Below are positions 1-14,700 of a DNA stretch of 64,000 bases, piece after piece. The stretch spans positions 62,001 through 126,000 of the forward strand of contig LSRY02000026.1 in assembly GCA_001643675.2 (NCBI GenBank), read 5' to 3'. Below the pieces are notes generated by a model. The model did not search any database, was not told the DNA's origin, and was given only the letters and a program-made list of their open reading frames with translations. Made by a program: the position numbers and the translations under genes. How positions within the stretch are numbered: position 1 is the stretch's first letter; every line of letters starts with the position of its first letter. This DNA is from Monocercomonoides exilis PA203. Its lineage: Eukaryota > Protista > Preaxostyla.

Positions 1-3000
1 TAAAGCTCATCAAGATCCTTTTAATGATTTTTCTCTTCTTTAGTGAAAATTCTGAAATGCCAAACATTTAATAACATTTTATCATTTTCGTCGAAAAGGA
101 TAATTCATTTTCATCAAAACAAATTATGACATTTAAAAATATAGTTGATTGAAAGTCATTCAAATATATGCGTTTCTTTTATCACTTCACATATCACAAA
201 GAATCAAAAACAAGTATTTTATTAACTATTTGTTTATTGGCGATATGAACTCATTGTTTCAAAGGAAAAAAATATTTATCAGATAAGAATGCAAAAATTG
301 AAAAAAAAATAAACGAACTTTAATGATCAAACAAGGAGTAGTGTATTCAATGTTTCTTCACTTAAAGAATGACGCCGATCTCCAACAATTCTTCTCATTT
401 TTGAAAAAACCCTCTCACAAGGCGCTTCGCTGCAAGGACTGGCAATTAAAGACATGCAAATGTTTGCGTAAATGGTGTGAATTTTGCTTTGTGAACCAAT
501 GATTGAGTAATAAGTGAAAGGATTAACCAAAATAGTTTCCTTTTCAGTTGGATATAGTGACTCATAAAATATCTTCTTGTATTCATCAATATGAATTCTC
601 TTTGCTTTGGAAAATATATTCTCTATGAAAGAATTGAACGAAGATATTATTCTCATACTCCAATTAGATGTTATTGCAGATTCAATATTCGAAGATATTT
701 CCTTAAGGTCATCTTCAGTTGTCATTTTGTTGCGAGTAACTTGTTCATTTGATCCAATTTCGTAAACATCCAACTCTATTTCCTCATTTGAACTTGATGT
801 GGGTTCTTCGATATCTTCAATATCCATTCTGGATGAACAATTTTCTTCATTTTCTGTATGCATATCTGAACTTGTCTTATCAGTGTATCTTGTGGAGTGA
901 CACATTAAATTCTCACTTGAAGTTGGAAAACATTTAAATTCGTCATTTTCTGCTTCCAATTCTGCATCGGTCAATCCAAGCAAATCTTCGAAATCTTCAC
1001 AAATTGAAAAATCATTCGCTTCATCTTTGTTTGAAATATCTTTTGATGCTAATTCAAATATTCGCAATAATTTATCCAATAGCTCATCATTTTTGTTTGT
1101 GATTGAAACTGAGCCTTCTGAAAAATGACTGGAAGTTCCTTCCGTTATGGTGGTTGCAAAGCCGAGTCCTTTTTTGTGTGATAAATGGATTCCTTCTGAG
1201 AAACTTATTGCTGAGTGAAAAGACGTGATTGACAATGGGGTTTCAATGCCTTTGGGATCGGAAACAAATGAATTAAACAATGAAGTTGATGTTTGATTTT
1301 CATCAATTGAAGTTGGATCAGAGAAATGCGCTTGTGGAAATTGCGATTCTTTACATGCAGATGAATTGTCGGTTGATGAAGATGCTTGTTCCTCTTCATT
1401 ATATTTCAAAGGATCAAAAACTGTTGATGTTGTAAATAAATTGGAATATCTAAAAAATTGAGAACTGTCTTTGGACACATCATCTGAAGGTTCAGTGGTT
1501 GTTTGATTCGACTTTGAACTTGAGACAATTTGATTTTGCTCTGCCTCAATATTGAATTTGAACAAAGCTATTTCTAAATTAAATATCGATGCAAATTCAC
1601 CTTTTCTGAAATTGTTCAAACCATTCGGAGTTAACACATACGCTAATGCTATCATGTCGCCTCTAGGTCCTGACAAAAACGAATTGAATAATTCAATCAA
1701 AAATTCACAAACACAAATAGACCATTGAAGTTCTTTAAAACTTGGTTGATTGAGAATGACAAAATACCTTCCCAAAGCTTTCAGTAGTTCTGGAAATGCT
1801 CCTCCAAGTTTTGAAGTTTCATTCTCAAAAAAGAAATGCAATTGCTGCAATGGAAGAAGCAAAATTTCTGTTCTAATAATATCTGAGACTGTGTTTGAAT
1901 CAAGAAGTTCAGCTTGTAATATCATCTTTTTGTTGACTCTGATGAAACGACAAATTTGATATAAACAAAGCCATCTTGTTGCAACGTACGTCGGACATTT
2001 TGTTTTCAAAATCGAATAAATTCTGGGATTGTGAGCGCTTTTTGAAAACTCAACAATTGTTTCCTTCAATGTTTTCAGTGTTTGATTGTTGGAAAAAATT
2101 CGCACAATAATCAAATTAGTTAAATGATTCATGCAGTATATAAAAAAAGGACCAAATGCGAATAAATGTTGAGGATCTTCATCTGAAAAAAGTCTGTTTC
2201 TTATTTGTTGCAAGGCTTTTCTTTGCGGAAGAAGTCCATCACTGCAAAAGCAGTGCACCTCCGATTTGCATATTGTTATTTCGCGGATTACATTCAAGGC
2301 CAAGTTTTCATAATCTTTTGATGAGTAACAAGCGGGATATAATTTCCAAAAAATTGGTTTCCCAGAAATTGTCAGTGGGACAACAGAAACAGCTGTATAT
2401 TTCTTTCCGGATATTGCTCCTCCGTCAATCATGACCCCAACTGGTACATTTTCAATGTGTGAATATCTCTCTGATTCTATTCTTTTCCTTTCTATTGAAA
2501 GCATGTTAGACACTTTTCTTTCAGTAATCAGTGGAAATATTGTTCTTGCAGGAAGTGTGGGATTTTGCTGAGCAATTTGAATTAATAACTGCAAAAAGTT
2601 ATTCAATTCTGATGAAGATGCTGAACGAAATGATACGTTGCAATGACCAACAAACTGTACAAATGAAGTTGACAAATCTGAAAATTGAATAAACTTTTCT
2701 GATGATTGAATTTGTGTTGATGATAGTTTGCCTTTATCAGTATTCTTTTTCTGCATTAAGTGATCCAAACTTTGATTCGAAGTGATCGTGCATTTGTGTG
2801 AATCCAAAGAAACATATCCCCTTCTTCCAGAAAATCCACAATTGAATCCTTTCCGACTGTTTGGACAAAGAAGATATCTGTGACCATCTTTTTTGATACT
2901 TCCATCTTGCTGAATAGGAATAAAAGATATCCACAAATTATCTTTATATATTTCTAATGATATTTTTGTTATGAACTTTCCATATTCTTTCGGGTGCCTG

Positions 3001-4048
3001 TAAACTATTGGTGGAAAATAAAAATTCAAAAACAGAAAAACATTAAAACCATTTCCTTTCTCAGTTGTTTTGACATATTCCAAAGCAACGAATCCACAAC
3101 CAATCTTTTGTAATTCGTAACATTTTTTGTAAAATGCTTTTTTCTTTAAATATAAAGAATATTTTTGTATAATAATTAAATGCTATATAAACTACATACA
3201 ATTAAAAGATCGTTCAGGGATAATTGAAGTTCAGGTGGTAAACTGTTTAATAGCTCAGGATCCATTTAAATAATAAATTTCTTGATGCCCAGACTCTCCA
3301 CTGGAAAAGATTGTCATCAAATTTCCATGACTGACTGATCTTGTCAACAAACCATAACTTTGATAATAATCATTAAAATTTTGACAACATCGAAAAAGCA
3401 AATAAAAAAATGCAGATCCAATCATATAAATATAAACATTTTATATTCTTTATTTATTAATTTATTTTCCATATTTTTTTGCTTTTTCATAAAATGAAAT
3501 TTGAGTGACAAAAGTGTTTTATAAAGTCGGTCATTTTAACTTTTTGTTTCAAAAAATGTCACAAGTCGCAGAGGATTAGAACAGAAATTTGATAAAATAT
3601 GAAAATTATGTTTTATTTGAAAATTAAACAAATGGAACTTATCAAAAAAATTTAGCCAAATTAAATAAAAGCATAGATATTTTCATATTTTCATATTTTT
3701 ATCAAAAATTATGAAATGAGAAAAACAATAGAAAAAATAGATAAAAACATAAAACATTTCAAATAATAAAACTTCATTATGTATGTTTTATGACCTTGTA
3801 ACTAAAAACAAACAAAAAATGAGAGTTGATTCAAAACGAGCAAAACAAATGATCAAAAATAAATTAAAAATTCCTTTGATCTTCGTCAAAAACAAAAATT
3901 GAAACAAAAAAAATTTAGTTCTGTCATAAAATAGTAAAATAAACATGTAAAAGTTTGCTTTTTATATTTTTATGTTGTATTCATTCTGTTTCAATGAACA
4001 AAAAAATAACCGGGTTTATAAAAATGTTCGGGTTTATAAATCACCCTA
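1..4048 (-). mobile_element. hAT element, 5' end only (other end outside the window)
   Basis: A TAGGGTGA terminus on the minus strand starts at 4048, matching the YAGNG ends typical of hAT elements. Two exact subterminal direct repeats CGGGTTTATAAA lie at 4011-4022 and 4029-4040, upstream of the transposase. Confidence 0.55.
327..3265 (-). CDS. hAT-superfamily transposase, apparently intact, with at least one 5' intron
   Basis: The 918-aa ORF carries hAT motifs in order: VMIDG (D1), FCSDG (D2), CMNH (CxxH), TRW, and the C-terminal dimerisation signature SPCSEAPCERVFSKMRRIVGDRRHSL. An upstream exon ATG 3265-3200 (MDPELLNSLPPELQLSLNDLLI) joins in frame through a phase-0 GT..AG intron 3199-3105. 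Further in-frame introns are possible. Confidence 0.88.
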
Positions 4049-5782
4049 TTGGAAAATATAACAGAAACAGCGTTGAATAATATTGCAAAACTATTTGTTT
4101 ATTTTTTTTGAAATATTTTTATGCTCACGAATCGAATAAAAAGAAAAAAAGATAATTGTCAGTTATAATAAATTGACTCCAACAAAAAAATTCAAAAAAA
4201 GCAAATAAATCATTAAATTACCAGTTGCGCTCTCGAAAGAGAGCTCTGCGTTAAATAGCCAGAAAAGATGGACATTAAGAATAAAGGAAACAAGATTATG
4301 TTGTATTTATGTGTTGTTTTTCATTAAATTTGAATCATTCAATTGATAAGCTCAATGAAAATGTTGCTCGTAACTTTCTTAAGATTTGCGAAATTAAAAG
4401 GAGAAATCTGAAAAGAAGTCGATTTTTGCTTTCTTGTTGAAACAAATTGCTTCAAAGGCATATTTTTTGTAGAAATGATTGAGAAAGAAGGATGAACGCT
4501 TCCACAGCAAAAATACCTTCTTCCTTTCGTTTTCTTCATTGAACTGTTAAATAAACCAATATTGCGCATCATTCGTATTTTTTATCTTCTTTCCTCTTCC
4601 TTGCGATGCTGATGAAAGTTGGTTCATAAAATCAAAAATCAATAAATCAGCTCATGTGGCTGCTCTCTTTCTTTGAGAAAATATCATCATCTTTGTAATT
4701 TGCCTTTCTCCTCTTCAGATCCTTCCTCAAAAAATATCCTCAAATCTGATTCTTCCATTTTGCCTGCTTTTCCTTCACCTTATTTCTCCTTTCTCAACAT
4801 TATCTCTTCCCTCCCTTTGTATTTCCTTTTTCATCAATTTTTCTCTTCCTTTCTGTCTTTTAACCAAAATACCATCTCCAAAAAGAAATCTCTCACAAAT
4901 GGAGTAAAAATGATTTCCATTTCCTTGTGGTATAAGAACATTAAGATAATAACAGATGTAATATTGATAATCCAAAATACAATAGAAATACAAAATAATT
5001 AGATTTTTCATGAAAATATTCGAGAAAAGCAAACATTCAACAGACGTTCGTTGCTGCTGCATTCTTTCCTTCACTTCCTTTGTACTTTTCAAAACCATCG
5101 ATTTTCAGTCATTTCAGCCTTTGAAAACTTTCATTTTTCTCTCAAATTGTATCATTTTCTGCCCTGTTTGCAAAATAAAATCAAAAATATGAACAAAACA
5201 CCCAATGAAATGTCTCATGTGAATTAATTCCACACTGTCCATCTCATTGGACGAGAGTGTCCTATTTCAGCCATCCAACGCTTCAGCAAATAACAATCAA
5301 GAAACAACCATTCCAAAATACCTCTGATGACTGAAAACACAAAAATCACACAATCACCAGAAAATAAAATATGAAAAGTTTCTTCAAAATACTTTCACTG
5401 TGCAAGCCTCATCTGTTCCTCAGATAAATGAATTCCAAAAAGGATAATGCTTCTCCAACTCTCACTTCATTTGAAAAATGAACAACACGCTCAGAGATTG
5501 AAAAACAAATATTCTGGCAAGAAGAATGAGTATTACAGCTTCTCTCTTTGTATTAATGAAAATATCAGAACATCAACATTTTCAATCAATCATTTTGTAT
5601 TATTCAAATTATCAAATGAAAAAATTTTTTAATCTTTTATCTGTAATCAAAAATAAAGACAACAATCTATATTGATTCATAAGCCAATAAGAAAAATTTC
5701 ATTAATAAATATATAAGCCCATTCTTATAAAGAAGAAATCCGGAAAAAAAGAAACGTGTCTTCTTTGTGCGGATAAGTTCCT

Positions 5783-8700
5783 ATGCTGTCAGGAACATGT
5801 TGTCTTGTGTGCATAATATGTGTGCAATGTCTATGCAATGGTGCCACAAATGATGAAGCAAATCTGGTAGAGAAATCGATAAATGACAGAAAAACAGATT
5901 ATTTGGGCTTCTCTTTGTTTGATCTCCTTCCAAATGATAAGAATGGAGATAAAAACATGATAGAAATGTTTGTTGAAGGGAATGAAGGTGGAATTGAAGA
6001 AAATGAAAAACAAGAAAAATCAAAGAAAAAAAATCCAAAAATGGAAGATGAAAGAAACAACCAAAATGGGAAAGGGAAATTAGTCAAGAAATCGAATAAT
6101 GAACAATTTCATGATGAAGGAGAAATGGCGAAAAATGAAAGAATATTTGAAGAAAGTGAGGTTGAAGGATGGTTTGTTCTGATTAATTCATCAATTGAGC
6201 TCAAATCATTGGGGTTGATTCAAAATGATGAGAGAAATGTTGTTGAAGCGGGGGATGGAAGTTTTGTTGAATTGGATGATTGTGGTATTTTTTTGATGAG
6301 TGAAGTATCTCCGTTTTGTTTGACAGGAGGTTGTGGAGTTTTCAAGAATATTTCGCTCAGCTCATCTTCAACTGGATTTTTGGAGACATTTCCATCTCTT
6401 TTCTCTTCAGAAACATATCAAGAGAAGTTTTCAGAAAAATGCTTTGTTTTTGTTTGTTCATCTCATTTTTCCTCTTTTTGTGTGTCATCTACCCCATTCT
6501 TCTCATCTCCCTTCATTCCTCTTATATCCCTCTCCAGACTCACATTTTTCAACATTTCAACATCTAATGATGCATGCTTATCTCCAACAACTTCGTTTTC
6601 CCATACCTCATGTCTGATGAACGGTTGCTCATTTTCATCAGTTTGCGATGTGTATGATGGTGGGATTGTTCCCTCACTCAATAATCCCTTGGCCTCTTTG
6701 ACAGCCTCAAACACCTCATTCGTTGGGTGTTGTCGGACAAGATATTTTGTCTGCGAAGGAACTGAAACTTACAAGCTGACTCCAGTGAGACTAATCATAG
6801 CCAATAATGAAGCTAATTCATTCGCTTGGTGTGAATGGAACGGATCGAAGACAACAGGAGAAGTTGATTCATATGAAGATAGCTCTTCGAACGGTGGAGC
6901 AATTTTCATGTTTAATCCTGAAAACGGAGAACTTTCTGTTTCGAATAGCTTTTTTAATAATTGCTTTGCATATTGGGATGGAGGAGGGATAATTTGTTAT
7001 GGAATAAAATCTGTGAATATCGAAAATAACTTTTTTAATTCATGCTCTGTTCAAAACAATGCAGGAGGAGGAATGCGTATGGAATTTCATCGTGTGTTCG
7101 GATCAGTGGATGTGAATTCCAGGATTGCAAAGCATATACTCATGGAGGAGGATTTTTTCTCGAAAATATACAGGTTTTGGAAACGGATTGCATTCCGACA
7201 GAAAATGGAGAAGGGGAGAGTGCTTGCGTGTTCAACTGCTGTTTCACTTCATGCTCGGTCACAAATACACTTGGCGGAGGTATGTTTTGTAAAACTGTTC
7301 CAGCGACACAATTGAAAATGAGAAGCGTTCAGTTTATATTATGTTCTGCATTAAGAGAGGGAGGAGGATTGTATTTTTATCCATTTAGACAAACATCACA
7401 AGATTATATTTCTTATTTTTATTTCCTCTTCTTCCATGAGTGCAATTGCTCTGCAGCCATTCCATATGGGCATGATGTGATGTATTATGATTACTACAGT
7501 GTATATTTATTTCCAAATAATCCATTCAATGAATGCTACACCACAAATACAGATGACAAGAGAGTGTGCTATTCCTATAATTATGCAAATGGAAACACTT
7601 GGTTGCATCAGCACACAGAAAAGAAAGATTGGCTGAAAGACAAGACGATATATGTTTCAGTGAGTGGAAATGACTTGTATGAGCTATGTGGGGCAAATGA
7701 ATCAAATCCATGTCTGACAGTGAAGAAGGGATTAGAAATGTGTGAAATACAGATAAGCTTGGCAATCACGTTGATGGAAGGGAATCACATAAATGAGACA
7801 ACAACAATTGATATTGGAACAAAGAAGATTTCAGTGATTGGGAAAGGCAAAGATAAGAGTTCGATTGAAATAAAATCTCTTTCATCAACTGGAGCACTGT
7901 TCAGTGTGTCAACAGGTCATCTTGGTTTATTGAACATGAAGGTTGATTGCAACTCAGCTGCAGAAACTTCGCCGAATGTGGTTGTGGTGTCTGATGGGAG
8001 TGGGTCACTCTCATTGGAGGATGTTTTAATCACCACGAGTGAAACAGGAGAATATGTGATGTCGTCGTCAGTGTTTGTGGTTCCCCTGTCACAGTTGTCG
8101 ATGGTTGATGTGGAGATTAAAGATATAAATATTTCTAAATCATTGTTCTTTGAACCTATTTTATCTTCTTCTTCTTCTTCTTCTTCATCTGCCCTGTATT
8201 TGACAGCCACAACGTCTGGAGAGAGTTTATTGGCGAACTTGTCTGTGAATAATGTGAGGTTGATTGAAGGAGATGGAGTGGTTGTGGCAAAGAGTGTGGT
8301 AGAAGGGGAGACATTTATTGTTCGGAATGTGACAATCGAGGATTGTGAGTGTGAGAATGGCAGTGGTGGAGGGATCAAGGTTGAGTTGGAAACAGACACA
8401 AGCAAGCTTCAGGTTGAAAGAACAACAACATTCAAGAGATGCACAAGTGGCAAATATGGAGGAGGGATGATCTTGTATTTGGCTGACAACTCATTTGACT
8501 TCTCGATTGTGTCAGTTGACTTCTCAGGGTGTTCTGCCTCATTGGGAGGGAATTATGTGTTTGTGAATGGGAGCGATTCAGCGAGCTGGGGAATAAGCTT
8601 CTCAACGCTGAATGTCCAACATGATAGTTCAAAATACAATGAGGTGGTGGGATATGATCGGAGTGACACAACAATGGGGCTGTTCCCACTGAATGTGTAT

Positions 8701-11700
8701 TTGGATTCATATCCCTGTGCGGCACATGTTGGAAAGGGGAAGGATGGGCTGGGTGGATACGACTCGTGGTTCTGTGGGTTTGGCTATTATCCGTGTGCCA
8801 CCATCATCCATGCAGCGCAGGTGAGATATCCCGACACAAACAAGAAGATCGAATTGGATTCAGGATATGAGCTTGCTGAGGCAGTTGGAATGACAGATGG
8901 CTGTGAATGGGAGATTTCATGTGCGACAAAAGTGATGGAAATGGGAGTGAAAGCACCAGAGAATTCTGAGTCATCTTGTCTGATTGAGGTGTTGAGCAAA
9001 TGTTCAGTGAGGAACATCAAGTTGTGTATTCCATCTGCTCTGTCTGGTGCAGCATCATCATCTCTGATTTCGTCCAACTCCACACTCCTCACACTCACTG
9101 ACTGTTCTGTTGTTTGTTCATCTGATAATTCAATTGGATTCAGTTTTGTGAATGTGATTGGGGGAAAAGTGAAAGTGGAGGGATTGATGATCACAGAGAC
9201 CTTGACATTTGGAGAACATTCACTGATTGAGTTTGGTGAAGGGGTGGAATCAGTTGTGTTTTGTGGGTGTGAGGTGAACAACATTGAGAAGAGAAGTGGA
9301 GATGGGGGATGGGTGAGTGGAGTGGTTGGGGCAGAGAGAGATGAGGGGAAGAATGGGATAATTGTGATTGAATCGTGTGTTGTGAAGGGGTGCAGGTGTG
9401 TTTGTGGAAGAGGAGGAGGGATGAGTGTTGTTGTGAAGGGGGAAGGGAGTGTTGTTGTGAATGGGAGTTGTGTGATTGATGGGTGCGAGGCGAAGGGTTC
9501 AGGGGAGAGTTCAGATGGGAGAAGGGAAGGGAGAGGGGGAGGGATGATGATTGTGATGGAGAGCAGGGATGGTTCAATGAAAATGGAATCTGGAAGAGAG
9601 GGTTTGTTTGTGTTTGGGGAGAATAACAAAGCTTCATATGGGAAGGATATGTTTGTTGAATGTGGTGGAGGAGTGTTGTTGGAGTGGAAAGTGAATGGAA
9701 GTTCATATGCATTTTTTGATTTTGGTGTGATTCCCACAGATGTATTGAAGTTGTGTGGGAGTGAGGATGGGAGAGAAGGGGAAGTGATTCCGCTGTTTGT
9801 GTATTTGTGTTCAATTGGCTCAAAGCTGAGAGTTGATGGGAGAGGAGAGAGGGCGCTGGATCAGAGCCATTGTGGGTTTGAGGAGTTTGGGTGTTTGACG
9901 ATTGATTATTGTGTTGGGAAGAGAGCGAGCATCAATGTTCATGAAATTGAAGTTGCCTCAGAATCATGGATGAAGAATGAGATGAAAGTTGTTTCATTTG
10001 AGGTGAGTGTGTGTGGGAAAGAAGAAGGGATGAGGGTGATTGTGAGGGATGAAGGATCGATAACCCAGAATAACCTTATTGAATGTTCAAAATCATTTGA
10101 GATGAGATATTTGTCATTTGTGCTGAATAAAGAGATGAATGGGAAGAGAAATGCATTTATCCACTCCTCCTCATTGTCATCAACCATCACAATGACCAGC
10201 TGTTCAGTCACATTTGGAAATGATGAAATGATTGGATACAATGTGATTTGTATTGATGGAGGAGGGCTGGTTGTTCATGGATTTGTGATGGAAGGGGGAG
10301 TGAGAATGAATGGGAAATCACCAATTGTTGTTTCGAATGGAGTTGAATTGGAGATGAATGACAGCCGAATGAGTGGAGTGGAAGTTGTTGGTGGGAGTGG
10401 AGGAGGAGGAGGAGGAGGATGTTTGAATGTGGAGATGGGTGTGAATGGGATTGTGGATATTGAAGAAAGCAATTTGTCATCAGTGTGTTCAGGGGGGAGT
10501 GGGACGAAAGGGGGAGGGATGAAGATATCAGTGGGGAAGGGAGGGAGGTTGGAAATGAAAGGAGTGAAATTATCTGGGTGTGAAGTGCCAAGAGAGTATG
10601 TTGAGGATGGAGGGAGAGGAATGGGAGGAGGGATGTTTGTGAAGCTGGCAGATGAGATGGGAACATTTGTGATGGAAGGGATGGGATTTGAGGGATGTGA
10701 TGGGTGGAAAGGGAAGAATGTGTTTGTGTCAGGATGGGATCTGAGAGAGATTGTGAATGAGGAGCACCTGATATGGGAGATGAGTTCAGATGAGTTGAAG
10801 TCATTGGATGAGCTGTGTGGATGGGAGAGGAAGACAACAGGAGAGGAGGGATATGTGATTGCACTGGTTGTGTATTTGTGGAGGAACTGGAGTGGGGATG
10901 GGTTTGTTTCAGTTGAGAAAGGAGGAGACTTCAGTGGGTGTGGGTACTCCGAAGCACCATGTTCATCGATTGACCACTTGATATCACTTCGATATCCAAC
11001 ACTTGGAGAAGGGGAAACACATATTTCCATTGTGGGATCAGGTTTGCTGAGCCATTTCATTTCATTTTCATCATCAGTTTCAGAGATACCAAAAGTGGTG
11101 ATTGAAGGGACAAAGAAAGTGACAGGAGTTACGATCAGTGATGAAGATGAGAATGATATGAATGATGGTTCAATGATATCGTCGAATGTGAGTCTGTCAT
11201 TTGTGAATGTGTCATTCACCAAGCCAGCCGTCACAACCCATCATGAAGTGTCGATTGAATCCTCTGGAACAAACACATTATTGTCAGTGTCAGATTGTTC
11301 ATTTGGCCCAGGGAGAGGGGTGGCAGAAAGTTTTGGATACTGCTTGATGAGAGTGAATGGGGGGAGTGTTGTGGTTGAGAGGAGTTCGTTGAGTTTGATT
11401 TCAGAGTTGAAAGGGTTGATTGCGTTCAGCCCAAATGCAGGTGAGGTGACACTTCAGAATGTGAACATCTCATTTGCAGATGTGAAGGAAAGAAGCCTGA
11501 TTTCGATGATGGAAGAGGAAAATCAGATGAATGGAGAAAAGAAGGGTTTTTAAAATGGGAACAAACCAGTTTTGAGGGTTATTGGGTGTTCATTTGCGAA
11601 CATCACGAATGAAGGGATTGGAGCGAGTGTTGTTGATGTGGGATCATTTGAGGATGGAGTGGAGTGTGTGGTGGATGAGTGTTCGATGTCGAGTTGCAAG

Positions 11701-14700
11701 AGTGGTTTGAGTGATGAAGGAGGTGGGATGAGAGTGGTGCTGAAGAGTGGGGAGTCGGTGTTGAAAGTGAATGGTAGCTCATTTTCGATGTGCAAGTGCT
11801 CGAGTGAGACAGGGTGTGGAGGGGGGCTGTTTATTGATGGGTCAGACCCACATGCGAATTATGGGAATGAGAGTCAGATTCCGCCTCTGAATTTCAAGAT
11901 TGTGAACATCCTGTTTGTGATGAATGAGGCACATGTGTGGAAAGACGTGTTTGTCAGATGCCACTTGATTGCTCATCAGATCAACGAAACACTGTTTGCA
12001 CTGAACTACAATCAGGAGTCACTGAACTCGAACAACTCGATCTGTGGGAGGGATGGTTGGAGCGAGGGAGATGTTGATCTGATTCCGCTGATCACATTCT
12101 ATTATTCGGCACAGGTGTTTGTGAGTGGGAGAGGGAGTGATGGGAGGGGGTGTGGGGCACAGAGCAACCCTTGTTCCAGCATCAACTGTGGGGTTGAGCA
12201 CATCCAGGAAGGGGTGATGAATGGGATTCTGATTGATGGAGAAGGGTTTGTGAGGAAGGAGTGTGTGATTGGAGACCTGGTTGTGAATTCATTGAAAAAG
12301 ACACAGGCGACAGTGAAACTGAACTCCAAGATTGAGAAATTAGCTGAGAAGGATTGTGTGATGGAGTTTGTGAATGTATGTTCAGTGGAGAGGTGCTCAT
12401 TCCAGTTTGAAGATGGATTTGAGTCAACTCACAATTATCTCATGAAAGTGAAGAATGGTTCAATGGAGATGAGAAATTGTGAATTCTTCTCTTCTCCAAC
12501 AACAACAACTGAGGATATGAAATTGAACAGTTCAATTGTGAGTGTGGAGAGTGGAGAGCTGAAGATATCGGAGACAACATTCAGAGATATTCATTCAACA
12601 AGATCAGTGCTTTCATTCCATGAAGAGTCGGATGTGACAATTGTTGAAACAAGAATATCGAATATCGAATGTGAGGGAGATGTTGTGAGTGTTGGAGGGA
12701 AAGCGAAAGTGGAGATGAAAGAGATGAGAGTTGAGAATGTGACTCTGCTGTTGGAGGGGTGTGTGATTGGGATGGAAGATGCTGAGCAAGGGGTGAGTGT
12801 GCTGAACAGCTCATTTGGAAGATGTGTGAATTCGGTGAACAAGGGAAGCATGATGCAGATCAGGAATTCCAAGAATGTGAGGGTTGAGGCATGTGTGTTT
12901 GATGGAGAAAGAGAAGATGAAATAGTCAATGAAGAAAACAAGATAAAAGAAGGATTATGCAAATGGAATGGGTCATTGGTTGATGTTGAGAAGAGCAAAA
13001 TGGAGATGAGGGAAACAACAATCATGAAGAGCAAGGGAGGTGGGTTGTGGGTGAGTGGAGGGAGTGTGAGGATTGAGAAGGGAGAATTTGAGAACAACAA
13101 CCCATCGATTGAGGGATATCCATCAGCCAGAAGGAATGTGATTTGTGAAGGGAACGGGGAGTTGAATGTTGTGAGTGTGAAAGGGGGAGATGGGTTGAAA
13201 GATAACTCATCATTGTGGATATTGGATGAGGGATGCGAATTGGGAGGGATAGCAACTGAAAGAGGATCATCATTTTTCATCCCCATTTTGGAAGAGGTGA
13301 AGAATATTTCTCAGCCAAATGGGGATGTGGAGTTGATGATTGTGGGAAAGCTGCTTCTGCCATGTGATTTGTCAGTGAAGATGAGCATGAAAAATGGGGA
13401 AGAAGAGGAGATTGTGAGAAAGGGGATTGAAGAAGAAGGGTTTGTGTCAGAGAATGAGATTCACACATTTATTTCATGTTCTGAATTGGAGAAAGTGAGA
13501 GAAGAGTCAGAAGTGAGTGTGTGGATTGTGTTTGGGAAAGGAGATTCAACTTCATCAACAGATTTGGTTGTTGTGAAGAACAGGAGTGAAAGTGTTGGAA
13601 AAGGAGATGAAAGGATTGTTGAAGGAAGGAAAGAAGGAAAGTCTTATTGGCTGCTAATTGTTATTGTGCTTGTTGTGATATTATTGATTGTTCTGATTGT
13701 ATCTGTTGTTCTGGCTGTTCGATGGAGGAAGCAAAAGAGAAGAACAAAGGAATTGGAGGAGATTGTGAATGACACAGTGAGGAAGGATCCGAAGGCGTTT
13801 GAGATGGTGACGATGGAGATGTCACCAGAGGAGCAGTGGAGGAGAGCAGAGAGGGAAGCAGAAAAGAAAAATGAAGAGAGAATAAAGAAGAGGGTGTACG
13901 AAAAAAGCTTGGGACATTCAGAGTCATCAGAACATTTGTTGAGTGAGAGTGGATCAACTGAATATATCCTTGGAAAAGACTCAGACAAGATTCCAGAATG
14001 GGTGCTGGAGAAAGATGAAGAAGAAGAGATAAGGAAGAGAACACCATCACCATCTATTTCATCCACTTCAACAACAGATTCAGATTCAACATTTGTTCGA
14101 TCAGAGTGTCTGTGTCCAACCACCTCGTCCATGTCTAATCTTGTGGATGCGATAGCCTGTTCATCGCCTCATGAGAAACTGATTGTGGATCTGAGAGATT
14201 CTTTGTTCATGCTTCTACATGGAAGGAATAAGACAAAGGAGATGGCGATTGGTTGTCTTCAAGAGAGGGAGCAGACAGCTGCCCAAATCCTGTTCTGGGT
14301 GGCGAATGGAGCACTCCACTCCTTTGATGAAATGGAAAACCCTCTTCAATCATTGAATAATCTGAGCCCTCACATTGTTCTCTTCTCAGAGCATATGGTG
14401 ATTTGCATTGTGATGCACTCAGACTTTTTGTCAGATGATGATTCAGATTCATCATCCATATCTTCATCAACAGTTGTGACATCTGTCAGTGATGATGATG
14501 AAGACTCTCTGCCTTCATCTGCCTTTGAGGATGAAGATGATAATTTCAAAAAAGAGTGCCTGAGGTGGATGGCACCAGAGCTGCAGGTGAACAAGAAGAT
14601 GGGAGCAACAAAGAAGTCGGTTGTGTTTTCGATTGGGATGATGCTGTGGGAGTGTCTGACACTGGATATCCCGTTTGGGAAGTATCCAGCAGAAGTGGCG

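Noticed and set aside
4339-5632. Short ORFs upstream of the giant gene and in 15596-17121 and 22410-24932
   Set aside because: They are AT-rich, Phe/Ile/Lys-biased translations without motifs or consistent exon structure. They may hide relics but cannot be supported.
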